Below, piece after piece: positions 47,977 to 57,851 of a DNA stretch of 64,000 nt; position 1 is the first letter of the stretch, and every line of letters begins with the position of its first letter. A program made the translations under genes and the position numbers. This DNA is from Candidatus Methanomethylophilaceae archaeon (lineage in GTDB: Archaea; Thermoplasmatota; Thermoplasmata; Methanomassiliicoccales; Methanomethylophilaceae), in contig JBMNQN010000005.1 in the NCBI GenBank assembly GCA_050944155.1, positions 26,398 through 90,397 of the forward strand, written 5' to 3'. The notes under the pieces were generated by a model that searched no databases, was not told the DNA's origin, and saw only the letters and a program-made list of their open reading frames with translations.

Positions 47977-48101
47977 AATTTCGTTGACCCAGTAGACAAT
48001 ATTAAATAATGTTCTGGCCATGTTTTAGCTGTCCGTACGCGGACATTTGGGGATGCACACGGGCGCGGATGCGCTCACGTTGCCCTGATAAGGGGTGTGA
48101 C

Positions 48102-51100
48102 GTGTACTTAAAGCAAGTGGAAATGGAGAATTTCAAATCGTTCGGCGGCAAATTAACGGTACCGCTGATGGAAGGCTACACGGCAATTACGGGTCCTAAC
48201 GGTTCCGGGAAGTCGAACATAACGGACGCCATTCTTTTCGTTCTGGGTCCAAAAAGTTCGAAGGCCGTGAGAGCGGGCAGACTTACCGACCTGATATTCG
48301 ACGGCGGCAAGTCCAAGAACAAAGCAAATTTCATGACGGTATCTTTGGTTTTCGACAACACCGACCGTATGATGCCCTGGGACGACGACACCGTCCGACT
48401 GACCAGAATGGTCAGATTCAACGACAGCAAAACCGATTATTACTCCTATTTCTACGTCAACGACAGAAAATCCACGATGTCGGAATTCGACGATCTTCTT
48501 ACCAAAGCCAGAATATCCGCCGACGGGTACAACCTGGTGCAGCAGGGGGACGTTACGAAAATAGTGCAGATGGGTAACCTGGAGAGAAGGCGCATCCTCG
48601 ACTCCATATCCGGAATAGCCAGTTACGACGCGGACATCGAAAGCGCCGCCAGGGAGAAATTCGAGGCGGAAACCAATCTCGACCGCATAAACATAGTGCT
48701 CGAAGAACTGGACAGCCAGCTGAAGCAGCTGGAAAAGGACAGAGAGGACGCCCGCAAATATCTGGAAGCCCAGAGCCGTCTGGAGATGTCCAGAGCACAG
48801 CTCACCCACAGACAATTGCAGATCGAAGAGTCCAAAATGGACGGATTCCGGGAACAGATTGCCAAAATCGGCGAAGAGATCGAGGCCCTGAAGGAAAGGA
48901 AACTGAAAATCAGGGAAGAATACGCCGAAAACGAAAGGGCCATCGCCGAAAAAGACGAAGAAATCACGGCCAAAGTCGGTCCCGAATACAAAGAGCTCAA
49001 GGAAAAAATCGAATCCGTCAAAATCAGAATCGCAACTTACAAAGACCGCGTGGAAACCGCGGAAGACGACATAGCGGGACAGACGGATTACCGCGATTCC
49101 GTGAAGGAATCCATCTTCGAGAACGAAATAACGCTCAAAGAACTGGAGAGGTCCCTCGACGGCGTAAAAATATCCATAGACGACACCCAAAAGGAGTTGG
49201 ACGGGTTCAAGGCCGAAGGCGAAAGAATCCGCAAAGAAATGTCCGAACACGGCGGGGAGCACACCGAACTCAACAACAGACTCACCGTCCTGGAAGACAG
49301 CATAGACGCCAAGGGCACCGAAGAACACGAGGCCAGAGTAGCCGCCGCCAAAGCGGAAAATCTGGCGGAAGAGGGAGCCCGCGCTCTCGCAATCATGGAC
49401 GAAAGGATACAGTCCGCTTCCTTTGACATAAAGGACGCGGAATGGAACCTTCAGCAGGTCAAGTCCGAGATGGGAATGTCCACCGAAGACTATTCCGGAA
49501 AGGTACTACAGGAAAAGAGGAAGGAGGCCGAACTGGAGAAGCAGGAGTCCGAACTCACGGACGCCATACGCAGGCTCGACCAGGAGTACAACCGTCTTTC
49601 GGCGGAAAAGAAAGTTTCCGAAAACATGAACAGGGGAAGTGCTGCAGTCGCCGCAATACTGGCACTCAGAGACAAAGGCAAAATGCCCGGAATCCACGGA
49701 ACCGTGCAGGAACTCGCAACCGTCGACGCGGAATACGAAACGGCGGTATCCGTCGCAGCCGGAGGAAAAATGGCCGCGGTAGTCGTGGACGACGACGCGG
49801 TGGCCGCCGAAGCAATATCTTTCCTGAAGAACAACAGACTCGGACGCGTTACGTTCCTCCCGCTCACCAAGATGGCCGGAGGAAAACCCAGAGCCAAGGC
49901 GATAATGTCCGAAAAAGCCTCGGAAGGTTACGCGATAGATTTGATAAAATTCAATCCCAAATACCAGAACGTTTTCTGGTACGTTATGGGAGACACCCTG
50001 GTTATGAAAGACCTGAGTGCCGCCCGCGCCATAATGGGCGGAATCAGAATGGTCACCATGCAGGGCGAACTCATAGAGGCGTCCGGAGCCATGGTGGGAG
50101 GTACCATCAGAAAAGACGCCGTTCTCAAATTCGGCGCTTCTTCGGAAACTGAACTGGAAGAAGTGGGCAGAAAGCTGAGAGCCGCCAACGATTCTTTGGA
50201 CATCCTCAGGTCCCAGCTCAGGGAAATCCGTGCCGAAATCCGCCGTCTCGACGACGAGATGAGGAAATCCAATTCCCAGAGCATGGACGCCCAGGCAAAA
50301 ATAGGACAGCTCAAAGGACAGATATCTGAACTCGGCAAGGCCAAACAGACTCTCGCCGCCGAATACGAGGAGAAAAAGAAACAGTGCGAGCAGTGGAATT
50401 CCGAAGCCGAATCGTCCAAGAAAATTCTCGCAGAGGTTTCCGCCGAACTGGAAGAGCTGAGAAACGAAAGAACGGCTGTAAGGGAACGCATCAAAGAAAT
50501 CGCACCCGCCGAACTTCAGGAAAAGATTCAGAACGTAAGGGATAAAATATATTCGCTGACCGGGGAACTTTCCGGCCACAAGGACCAGAAAAACGCACTG
50601 GAAGCCGAAATCACCGGACTGAACAAACAGACGGAGGCACTTTCAAAACAGCTTGCGGCCGCCGAAGCAAAAATCAGACAGAACGAAGACTACATCAAAG
50701 AATGCGAAACCGCACTCGGAGAGGCCCGGATAGAGATCGAGGCTCTCAGAAACATAGAGTCGGAGATGGAAAGCGGAATCGAAGACCTGAGAAACCAGAG
50801 AGACGCTCTGATGCAGAAGAAATACTCTCTCGACAGCGAAAGCGGAAGCGTTCAGGAAAAGATCGAGACCAAGAGCGGTCTGTCCGATTCCATGGCCGCC
50901 GAGACCGTAATAATATCGGAGAACATAGACAGACTCAGGGAGGAAATTTCCGCCATAGAGTTCGAAGTCGAGACACCGATTCCCTCCGAGGAAGAGATAC
51001 GCCGCGCCATCAAATCCTGCGAATCCATAATGTCCAAGATAGGAACCGTGAACCTGCGCGCCATCGAGGACTACGACGAGAAGAAACAGAGGTACGACAG

Positions 51101-51683
51101 TCTGAATTCCGACGTGGAACGCCTGAATACCCAGATTAAAGAACTTCTCGAACTCACGGAATCCCTGAACTCCCAGAAGAAGGGGCTGTTCATGGAATCC
51201 TACGAAGCGGTCAACAAGAATTTCAAAGAGATTTACGCGGTGCTCTCTGGAGGAGGAGAGGCGTTTATGGGACTGGAGTCGGAAGAGGATCCGTTCCTCG
51301 GAGGACTGACCATAAACGCGAAACCCAAGAACGGAAAACTTCTGAGACTGGAAGCCCTTTCCGGAGGAGAAAAATCCCTCACCGCGCTGGCATTCATATT
51401 TGCGATACAGGAGTACCAGCCCTCTCCGTTCTACGTTCTCGACGAGGTGGATATGTTCCTCGATTCGGTTAACGCGGAAATGGTTGCCAGAAGGGTCAGG
51501 GAAAGCTCTATGAAGGCACAATTCATCCAAGTTTCGCTGAGGAAAGTAACTCTTGCTCTGGCGGACCACCTGATCGGCGTGACGAGACCGCCGTCGGGAA
51601 TAAGCAAGGTGATTATGCAGCCGGATTTCGCGGAAGTATCGAAGTACGAAGAGGAAGCCCTTACGGCTAAAGCGGAGGAATGA
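48102..51683 (+). CDS. smc: Chromosome segregation protein SMC
   Basis: NFKSF, GPNGSGKSN, QQG, coiled coils, hinge GRVTFLPL, LSGGEKS, LDEVD; GTG start at 48102. Confidence 0.97.
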   Translation: MYLKQVEMENFKSFGGKLTVPLMEGYTAITGPNGSGKSNITDAILFVLGPKSSKAVRAGRLTDLIFDGGKSKNKANFMTVSLVFDNTDRMMPWDDDTVRLTRMVRFNDSKTDYYSYFYVNDRKSTMSEFDDLLTKARISADGYNLVQQGDVTKIVQMGNLERRRILDSISGIASYDADIESAAREKFEAETNLDRINIVLEELDSQLKQLEKDREDARKYLEAQSRLEMSRAQLTHRQLQIEESKMDGFREQIAKIGEEIEALKERKLKIREEYAENERAIAEKDEEITAKVGPEYKELKEKIESVKIRIATYKDRVETAEDDIAGQTDYRDSVKESIFENEITLKELERSLDGVKISIDDTQKELDGFKAEGERIRKEMSEHGGEHTELNNRLTVLEDSIDAKGTEEHEARVAAAKAENLAEEGARALAIMDERIQSASFDIKDAEWNLQQVKSEMGMSTEDYSGKVLQEKRKEAELEKQESELTDAIRRLDQEYNRLSAEKKVSENMNRGSAAVAAILALRDKGKMPGIHGTVQELATVDAEYETAVSVAAGGKMAAVVVDDDAVAAEAISFLKNNRLGRVTFLPLTKMAGGKPRAKAIMSEKASEGYAIDLIKFNPKYQNVFWYVMGDTLVMKDLSAARAIMGGIRMVTMQGELIEASGAMVGGTIRKDAVLKFGASSETELEEVGRKLRAANDSLDILRSQLREIRAEIRRLDDEMRKSNSQSMDAQAKIGQLKGQISELGKAKQTLAAEYEEKKKQCEQWNSEAESSKKILAEVSAELEELRNERTAVRERIKEIAPAELQEKIQNVRDKIYSLTGELSGHKDQKNALEAEITGLNKQTEALSKQLAAAEAKIRQNEDYIKECETALGEARIEIEALRNIESEMESGIEDLRNQRDALMQKKYSLDSESGSVQEKIETKSGLSDSMAAETVIISENIDRLREEISAIEFEVETPIPSEEEIRRAIKSCESIMSKIGTVNLRAIEDYDEKKQRYDSLNSDVERLNTQIKELLELTESLNSQKKGLFMESYEAVNKNFKEIYAVLSGGGEAFMGLESEEDPFLGGLTINAKPKNGKLLRLEALSGGEKSLTALAFIFAIQEYQPSPFYVLDEVDMFLDSVNAEMVARRVRESSMKAQFIQVSLRKVTLALADHLIGVTRPPSGISKVIMQPDFAEVSKYEEEALTAKAEE

Positions 51684-52546
51684 AAATGGATGGGAACGCA
51701 CAGTACGAAGAGATGGAACAGCACCTTCTGTTCCACAAAGCCCTGACGGACGACGCCGGGAGCAGCGAGAGAATCAGCGGATACATGGACATTCTGTCCA
51801 AAGCCGAAGGCGGCGAAAAGCTGGACGACGCGGTGGACGAATCCATACGTTCGGTGTTCAGTCTTGTTCTGGAAAACGGAATCGATCCCTGGGAGATCAA
51901 TCTTTCCGAATTCGTGAGACTGTATTCCGCGAAGGTAAGGGAAAACAGGTTCGATATGATCGTTGCCGGAAAACTTCTGCTTATGGCGTGGAAGATTCTC
52001 AGGATGCAGTCCGATGCCACCCGCGACAGGTCCGAAGAGCCGGTCGAAGAGGAGTTCGAGATACCCGAGGACTTCTTCTACGACGACGAAGAGATGTTCG
52101 TTCCGCAGGTTGCGTTCAGGGAAGCCTTCGCCAGAGAACCCATCAGGCCGGTCACCATGTACGAGCTGATAGACGCCTTCGAGGAAGCGAGGGAGGAAAT
52201 CGCCGTACAGCTGGAAAGGGAAAGGGTAAGGGAAGCTCTCAGAGCCGCCGAACCCAAAAAGTTCGAAAACAAAGCCCACGAAGAGGACGACGAAAAGGAC
52301 GTGGAAGCGGTCTGGGAAAGAATCAGAAAACTCGGCACCGGCGAAATATGCGTCACCGACCTTTACTGCGCGGACATAATGAAAAATCTGAAAGTCTTCG
52401 TTTCGGTACTTCATCTGGTCAGAGACGGAAAGCTTGGAATCAGACAGGACGACCTTCCCTACGGAGAAATTTACGTCGAAATGCTCATGGAAGGGGCGGA
52501 CGGTACCGTCGAATCGAGACAGGTGCCCGCAGAGGCGGTGAACTGA
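51680..52546 (+). CDS. scpA: Kleisin ScpA
   Basis: IDPWEINL, FVSVLHL, QDDLPYGEI; lies between smc and scpB. Confidence 0.88.
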   Translation: MKMDGNAQYEEMEQHLLFHKALTDDAGSSERISGYMDILSKAEGGEKLDDAVDESIRSVFSLVLENGIDPWEINLSEFVRLYSAKVRENRFDMIVAGKLLLMAWKILRMQSDATRDRSEEPVEEEFEIPEDFFYDDEEMFVPQVAFREAFAREPIRPVTMYELIDAFEEAREEIAVQLERERVREALRAAEPKKFENKAHEEDDEKDVEAVWERIRKLGTGEICVTDLYCADIMKNLKVFVSVLHLVRDGKLGIRQDDLPYGEIYVEMLMEGADGTVESRQVPAEAVN

Positions 52547-53074
52547 GTGGACGTCAAAGGCGCTGTCGAAGCCGCTCTGTTCTCCAGCGCCGGCAGTCTC
52601 CGTCTTTCCGAGATCGCCTTAAAAACAGACATACCCGAAGAAGAGGTGCGCTACGCGGTCATGGACCTGCGCAAGGAATACGACAGCCGCAATTCGGCGA
52701 TAACCATTGCGAAATTCGGTTCCGAATACAGGATGATGCTGCGTTCCGAATACGCGGATTTCACGGGAATGTTCTCCAGGGCGGAGATGTCCGGGGGAAC
52801 CATGAGGACCCTGAGCACCATCGCGTACAATCAGCCCGTTCTCCAGTCGGAACTCTCCAGAGTTCTGGGCAGCAGGACTTACGACGACGTGAGGGAACTG
52901 ATCGAAAGAGGGTTCGTAAGTGGCAGAAAAGAGGGTCAGACTCTGGAACTGAGAACGACACAGAAATTCAAAGAGTATTTCGGAATAACCGGGTCCGGGA
53001 AGGAAGCAATCAAAAAGTGGATTGATTCCCAGGCCAAGAACGCCCCCTCGGACGGGACGCAGGAAACCGAATAA
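52547..53074 (+). CDS. scpB: ScpB (kite subunit)
   Basis: VEAALF, TLSTIAYNQPV, TTQKFKEYFG. Confidence 0.93.
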   Translation: MDVKGAVEAALFSSAGSLRLSEIALKTDIPEEEVRYAVMDLRKEYDSRNSAITIAKFGSEYRMMLRSEYADFTGMFSRAEMSGGTMRTLSTIAYNQPVLQSELSRVLGSRTYDDVRELIERGFVSGRKEGQTLELRTTQKFKEYFGITGSGKEAIKKWIDSQAKNAPSDGTQETE

Positions 53075-53125
53075 CCCCACGGCGAATACCTTTAAATCGG
53101 ACGAACACTTAGTCTCAGCGATAAC

Positions 53126-53344
53126 ATGGTGTTGCCTCTAGCACTGCTCGAAAAATCCATAGACAAAAAGGTGATTCTTCAGCTCAAGGACGGAAAGGTC
53201 ATCGAGGGCAAACTGGCATCCTACGACGATTACATGAACATGGTGCTCGACGACGTGTCGGTCAAAGAAGTTTCCGGAGAAGAGAGGCGTATGAACACAA
53301 TCATTCTCCGCGGCGGCAACGTTGTGCACATTTCCCTCGTCTGA
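53126..53344 (+). CDS. Sm-like archaeal protein (SmAP/LSm)
   Basis: G.L..YDDYMNMVLDD (Sm1), ILRGGNV (Sm2). Confidence 0.93.
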   Translation: MVLPLALLEKSIDKKVILQLKDGKVIEGKLASYDDYMNMVLDDVSVKEVSGEERRMNTIILRGGNVVHISLV

Positions 53345-53346
53345 AA

Positions 53347-54993
53347 GTGGTTGCTATGCCGAAGGGCGAAATAACCGCGGATATTTCCGATAATCCTGCG
53401 GTCGGAAAACTTCTTTTCGCCTTCGTCTGTCTTGTTTTCATCGGAATCATAGTAGTCCCGGCGATTTACGTCTGCTTCGAAATGTTCGCCAGATGGTCGG
53501 ACGTAAAACTCGTTTACGGAAATCCGGAACTGCTCGGGTATGTGGCCGGTGCCGTGTTCAATTCTTTCAGCATCGCGTTCATCGTCTCGGTAATCGATAT
53601 CATCGTCGGTCTTCCGATGGCATGGATAATGGTAAGAAAAACCTTCAGGGGGAAACGGTTTCTCGATACTCTGATGGATATGCCTCTGGCGTTTCCGACC
53701 GCGGTTCTCGGAATGTCCGTCGTCATGTTCTGGGGAGCTCCCGAGGGAGTCACGATTCAGGGTCTGGGTCTTCATATTTCTCCCTATGTTATGGTCATTC
53801 TTCTGCACATAATTTTCACATTCCCGTACATGGTCCGTTCTCTTTCCGCCATATTGGAACAGATCGATCTGAATTACGAAACGGCAGGAAGGACGCTGGG
53901 CGCGCCCGCATGGACCGCGGTAAGGACCATAACGCTGCCCCTGTTCAGAGCGGGTTTCGTAACGGGATTCATTCTGTGTTTCGCAAGGTCTCTTTCGGAG
54001 ACGGGAGGAACGATGATAGCCCTCAACATGATGGGCGTCGATTCGTTCTTCTTCACGGGACCCACATTCATATCCTTCATGAAAAGGGGAGATTCCATAC
54101 CCCCCGAGGGATACGGAGCGATGATTCTCGTCAGTGTGATAATGATACTGCTGGCACTTCTGCTTCTGTTTGCGGTCAGGCGCATATCCCGCGGATTGAA
54201 TCTTCCGGAATCCCGCATATTCGTAGGCTTCGAGAGAAAAATAAGCAGAAATGCCGTCCCGAAAGTCAAAGACGTTATTTCCGTCGTTTTCCTTTTCGTT
54301 ATTGTTCTGATTCCTTCCTTTTACATTTTCATGTATCTGACCGAAATACCGGAAAGTATCGACTGGGCTCCGTTTTTCAAATCGATGGGAACATCCTTCC
54401 TGATAGCGGGCATCGCCGTGGCGGTAAACATTCTGATGGGAATTTCCATGGCCATGTACATAGCCAGGAACAAAGAATCGAAACTCGGGTCGGCTTTGGA
54501 TACGCTCGTAAACATCCCCCTCATAATACCGACGACGGCTTTGGGATTCTCGCTGTCGCTCTTCTGGGCCATGGCAGCGCCCGGATGGCCCTCGCTGATT
54601 CTGGTCATACTGGGTCATATATCTTTCACCTATCCGCTGGTGGTCAGAAACATGGTAGGCGCAATAGAAGAGACGGATCCTTCCTACGAAGAAATCGCAC
54701 GCACCCTGGGTGCCAGCCGTTTCCGTTCTTTCAGAGAAGTCCTCCTGCCTATTATCAAGCCCTCCGTGGCCGCCGGAGCCATTCTCGCGTTTACAAGAAG
54801 TCTCGGCGAAACGGGAGCGACGCAGGCGATAGCAGGAACGGATGTGGTAACCGTACCGGTATTTCTGGTGAACATGGTAAACAGCGGCAATTTCGCGGAA
54901 GCGGCTCTGTGTTCGATGATTCTCATTGCGGTGTGTTTTGTTCTGACCTTCGGAGTAAGGTATTTTTTGGCGGGAGGAGAGAAAAATGCCTGA
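53347..54993 (+). CDS. ABC importer permease with two fused TM domains (ModB/CysT/FbpB-like)
   Basis: Two EAA-like loops (YETAGRTLGA; YEEIARTLGA) and FARSLSETG / FTRSLGETG. Confidence 0.9.
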   Translation: MVAMPKGEITADISDNPAVGKLLFAFVCLVFIGIIVVPAIYVCFEMFARWSDVKLVYGNPELLGYVAGAVFNSFSIAFIVSVIDIIVGLPMAWIMVRKTFRGKRFLDTLMDMPLAFPTAVLGMSVVMFWGAPEGVTIQGLGLHISPYVMVILLHIIFTFPYMVRSLSAILEQIDLNYETAGRTLGAPAWTAVRTITLPLFRAGFVTGFILCFARSLSETGGTMIALNMMGVDSFFFTGPTFISFMKRGDSIPPEGYGAMILVSVIMILLALLLLFAVRRISRGLNLPESRIFVGFERKISRNAVPKVKDVISVVFLFVIVLIPSFYIFMYLTEIPESIDWAPFFKSMGTSFLIAGIAVAVNILMGISMAMYIARNKESKLGSALDTLVNIPLIIPTTALGFSLSLFWAMAAPGWPSLILVILGHISFTYPLVVRNMVGAIEETDPSYEEIARTLGASRFRSFREVLLPIIKPSVAAGAILAFTRSLGETGATQAIAGTDVVTVPVFLVNMVNSGNFAEAALCSMILIAVCFVLTFGVRYFLAGGEKNA

Positions 54994-56092
54994 GATAAGA
55001 CTCGAAGAACTGAGCAAATCTTTCGACGGCACGGTTGCCGCCGACGGCATGAATCTTACCGTAAAGGACGGCGAATACCTCTGCATCCTGGGTCCAACGG
55101 GTTCGGGAAAGACCACCTGCATGAGAATGATCTGCGGTCTCACCGTTCCGGACAGCGGCCGCATTTTCTTCAACGACGAAGACATAACCGACAAGCCCTC
55201 CGACGCCAGGGAAGCCACGATGCTCTCTCAGACGTACGCTCTGTTTCCGAAAATGACGGTTGCGGAGAACGTAGGGTTTGCTCCGAAAATCAAAAACTGG
55301 CCGGAAAATGATGCAGAACAGATCGTGAAAAGCATGCTCGATATGGTGGGCATGTCCCACAAGCGCGACTGGATGCCGAAAAACCTGAGCGGAGGGCAGC
55401 AGCAGCGCACCGCTCTGGCAAGGGCGATGGCGTCCGGTTCCAAAGTTCTTCTCCTGGACGAACCGCTGAGGGCCCTCGATGCGCGCTTAAGACTGAACCT
55501 CCGTAAAGAACTCAGGTCTCTGGTCAAAGGAATGGAGCTCACCTGCATACACGTCACCCACGACCAGGACGAGGCTCTGGAGATGGCGGACCGCATAGCC
55601 ATCATAAGAAACGGAAAAATAATCCAGGTCGGAACTCCCGAGGAAATATTCAACGAACCCAACTCTCCGTTCGTGGCCAATTTCGTGGGCCGTTCCAACA
55701 TTCTCCGCGGAACCGTGGTATCGAAAGGCGATGTTTCCGTTGCGGAACTTGCCGACGGAACCCGCGTCGAAGTGAGAAGTACGGATCTGGAAATCGGAAG
55801 CAAAGTGCTTGTCACGGTAAAGATGGGAAAAACGAGATTCGTTCAGGAAGACAAGGCCGAAGCCGAAAACGTAAACACGTTTCTCAGAGGAAAAATCGAA
55901 AGGATACTCTACGAGGGTGCGACCATAACGGCGGAAGCAAGAGTGGAAGGTATCGGAATAGTTTCTTCCAAGATGCCCAACCGCAAATACGATATGTACG
56001 AAGTGGGCGAAGAAATACTGATTTATTGGATTCCCCACAACGCGATACTGTTCGAAGATACGGGTTCGGACGAAGATTCGGAGGTGTTCTGA
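54986..56092 (+). CDS. ABC ATPase (PotA/CysA-like, with TOBE domain)
   Basis: GPTGSGKTT, LSGGQQQR, LLLDEP, VTHDQ. Confidence 0.93.
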   Translation: MPEIRLEELSKSFDGTVAADGMNLTVKDGEYLCILGPTGSGKTTCMRMICGLTVPDSGRIFFNDEDITDKPSDAREATMLSQTYALFPKMTVAENVGFAPKIKNWPENDAEQIVKSMLDMVGMSHKRDWMPKNLSGGQQQRTALARAMASGSKVLLLDEPLRALDARLRLNLRKELRSLVKGMELTCIHVTHDQDEALEMADRIAIIRNGKIIQVGTPEEIFNEPNSPFVANFVGRSNILRGTVVSKGDVSVAELADGTRVEVRSTDLEIGSKVLVTVKMGKTRFVQEDKAEAENVNTFLRGKIERILYEGATITAEARVEGIGIVSSKMPNRKYDMYEVGEEILIYWIPHNAILFEDTGSDEDSEVF

Positions 56093-57177
56093 CGGCCGAA
56101 ATCGAATTCAGAGACGTAACTATGAGATTCGGTGATTTTACCGCAATCAAAAACCTGAACCTGAAGGTAAAAGACGGCGAATACGTCACCCTCCTGGGGC
56201 CTTCCGGATGCGGCAAAACGACGCTGATCAAAATGATAGCAGGAATACTCCGTCCCACGGAAGGAAAGGTATTCATCGGCGGGCAGGATCATACGGACAC
56301 CCTCATAGAAGACCGGGACATAGGATACGTATTCCAGAACATCGCCCTGTTCCCCCACATGACCAACGGACAGAACGTGGGATACAGTTCCAGAGTCAAG
56401 GGAGAGTCGAAAGAGAAAAGGGAAGAGAACACCGGCAAATATCTGGAATTGGTGAAAATGCTCGCCCGTGCGGGCATGATGCCCGGAGAACTTTCCGGAG
56501 GCGAACAGCAGAAAGTCGCCATCGCAAGGGCGCTGGCGTCCGGATCGAAAACCATGCTTCTCGACGAACCCCTTTCCGCATTGGACGCGAGGGTGCGGGT
56601 CGAACTGAGATACGACATACTGAGACTGGTCAAAAAACTGGGAATAACCGTCGTTCACGTAACCCACGATCAGGAAGAGGCAATGTCCGTTTCCGACAGG
56701 ATAATTCTTATGCGCAAAGGAGGAATAGTGGAAACCGGCACGCCCATGGAAATATACCGCAACCCGAAATCCATATTCGCGGCCAACTTCATAGGGGAAA
56801 CGAATCTGATGGAATGCACGGTTGCCGGGAAGACCAAAAAAGGAAGAACCATCGTCCGTCTAAGAAGCGGAGACAAGGTAAGAGCCCGCAAATCTTCCCT
56901 TTCTACTGGGGATGCTGCCGTGCTGTCCGTCCGTCCCGAGTATGTGTATACGGCGAGCGAGGGGTTGGCGGCAAAAGTGGAAAGCACCGTGTTCATGGGC
57001 ACGTACCGCAGAGTGCGCGCCAAAGCGGTGACCGGAGACAGAGTGGAATACAATATATCGGCAGACGACCCGCTGCCGAAAGCGGGAGACGGGGTCAATC
57101 TGGTATTCAACAAGAAAGCGGCAACGGTTTTCCCGAAGCCGTACGACGGATTAATGGAGGCGATAAGACTTGAGTGA
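56089..57177 (+). CDS. Second ABC ATPase (PotA/CysA-like); probable CTG start
   Basis: GPSGCGKTT, LSGGEQQK, LLDEP, VTHDQ; similarity to the upstream paralogue begins at LTAEIEF (CTGA overlap after GGAGGTG). Confidence 0.9.
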   Translation: MTAEIEFRDVTMRFGDFTAIKNLNLKVKDGEYVTLLGPSGCGKTTLIKMIAGILRPTEGKVFIGGQDHTDTLIEDRDIGYVFQNIALFPHMTNGQNVGYSSRVKGESKEKREENTGKYLELVKMLARAGMMPGELSGGEQQKVAIARALASGSKTMLLDEPLSALDARVRVELRYDILRLVKKLGITVVHVTHDQEEAMSVSDRIILMRKGGIVETGTPMEIYRNPKSIFAANFIGETNLMECTVAGKTKKGRTIVRLRSGDKVRARKSSLSTGDAAVLSVRPEYVYTASEGLAAKVESTVFMGTYRRVRAKAVTGDRVEYNISADDPLPKAGDGVNLVFNKKAATVFPKPYDGLMEAIRLE

Positions 57178-57850
57178 TTCTAAGAATCTTCTTGACTGGT
57201 TCGGGAAGAGAAAAGCAGGAATGGTTGAGAACGGGGCGAGAGACCATGCGCTTACGGTATTGGATGCGGTAATCGAACTGGGACTCGCCTTTTCCGCAAT
57301 GTCCGAAGGAAACGGTGCCAAAGCGATGAAATGCGTCGGCAGACTCGTGGAATACGAACGCGAAGCCGACCGTATCGAGGACAGACTTTCGGCCAAGCTC
57401 ACCGGAGGAGACCTGGGGCCTCAGGAAAGGGAAGATCTTCTGCGGTTCGTAAGAAAATTGGACACGGTTGCCAACTGGTCCAAGGAAGCTTCGATCCATC
57501 TTCAGCTTTCGAAAGAAACCGGCGCGGAAATACCCCCGGAAATATGGGCGTTCCTCCGCGGCATGGCGTCGGAGCTCGAGAAGGAAGTCAGAATTCTGAT
57601 AGACGCCGTGGAGGCGCTGTCCGCCGGAGATTTCGACGAATCGATACGGTGCGTGGAAGCCGTGAAAGACCAGGAAAGGGTAATCGACGGAATGAATGCG
57701 GAAGGCATAAGGCGTATTCATCTATCGCCCATGGACATGAAAGGAATTCTGTTTTCGAGAGACATGGTCCATGCGGTCGAAGAGGCTTCCGACACGGCAA
57801 AAGGATGTGCGGACACGATTATGATACTTGTAACGGCAAGGAGGAAGTGA
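57170..57850 (+). CDS. DUF47 / PhoU-like phosphate transport regulator
   Basis: EREADRIE, REDLL....LD, E...D, E.ASD; all-helical. Confidence 0.85.
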   Translation: MSDSKNLLDWFGKRKAGMVENGARDHALTVLDAVIELGLAFSAMSEGNGAKAMKCVGRLVEYEREADRIEDRLSAKLTGGDLGPQEREDLLRFVRKLDTVANWSKEASIHLQLSKETGAEIPPEIWAFLRGMASELEKEVRILIDAVEALSAGDFDESIRCVEAVKDQERVIDGMNAEGIRRIHLSPMDMKGILFSRDMVHAVEEASDTAKGCADTIMILVTARRK

Positions 57851-57851
57851 A

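Noticed and set aside
48030-48100. Possible tRNA in the structured region before smc
   Set aside because: No T-loop GTTC motif and no acceptor stem.
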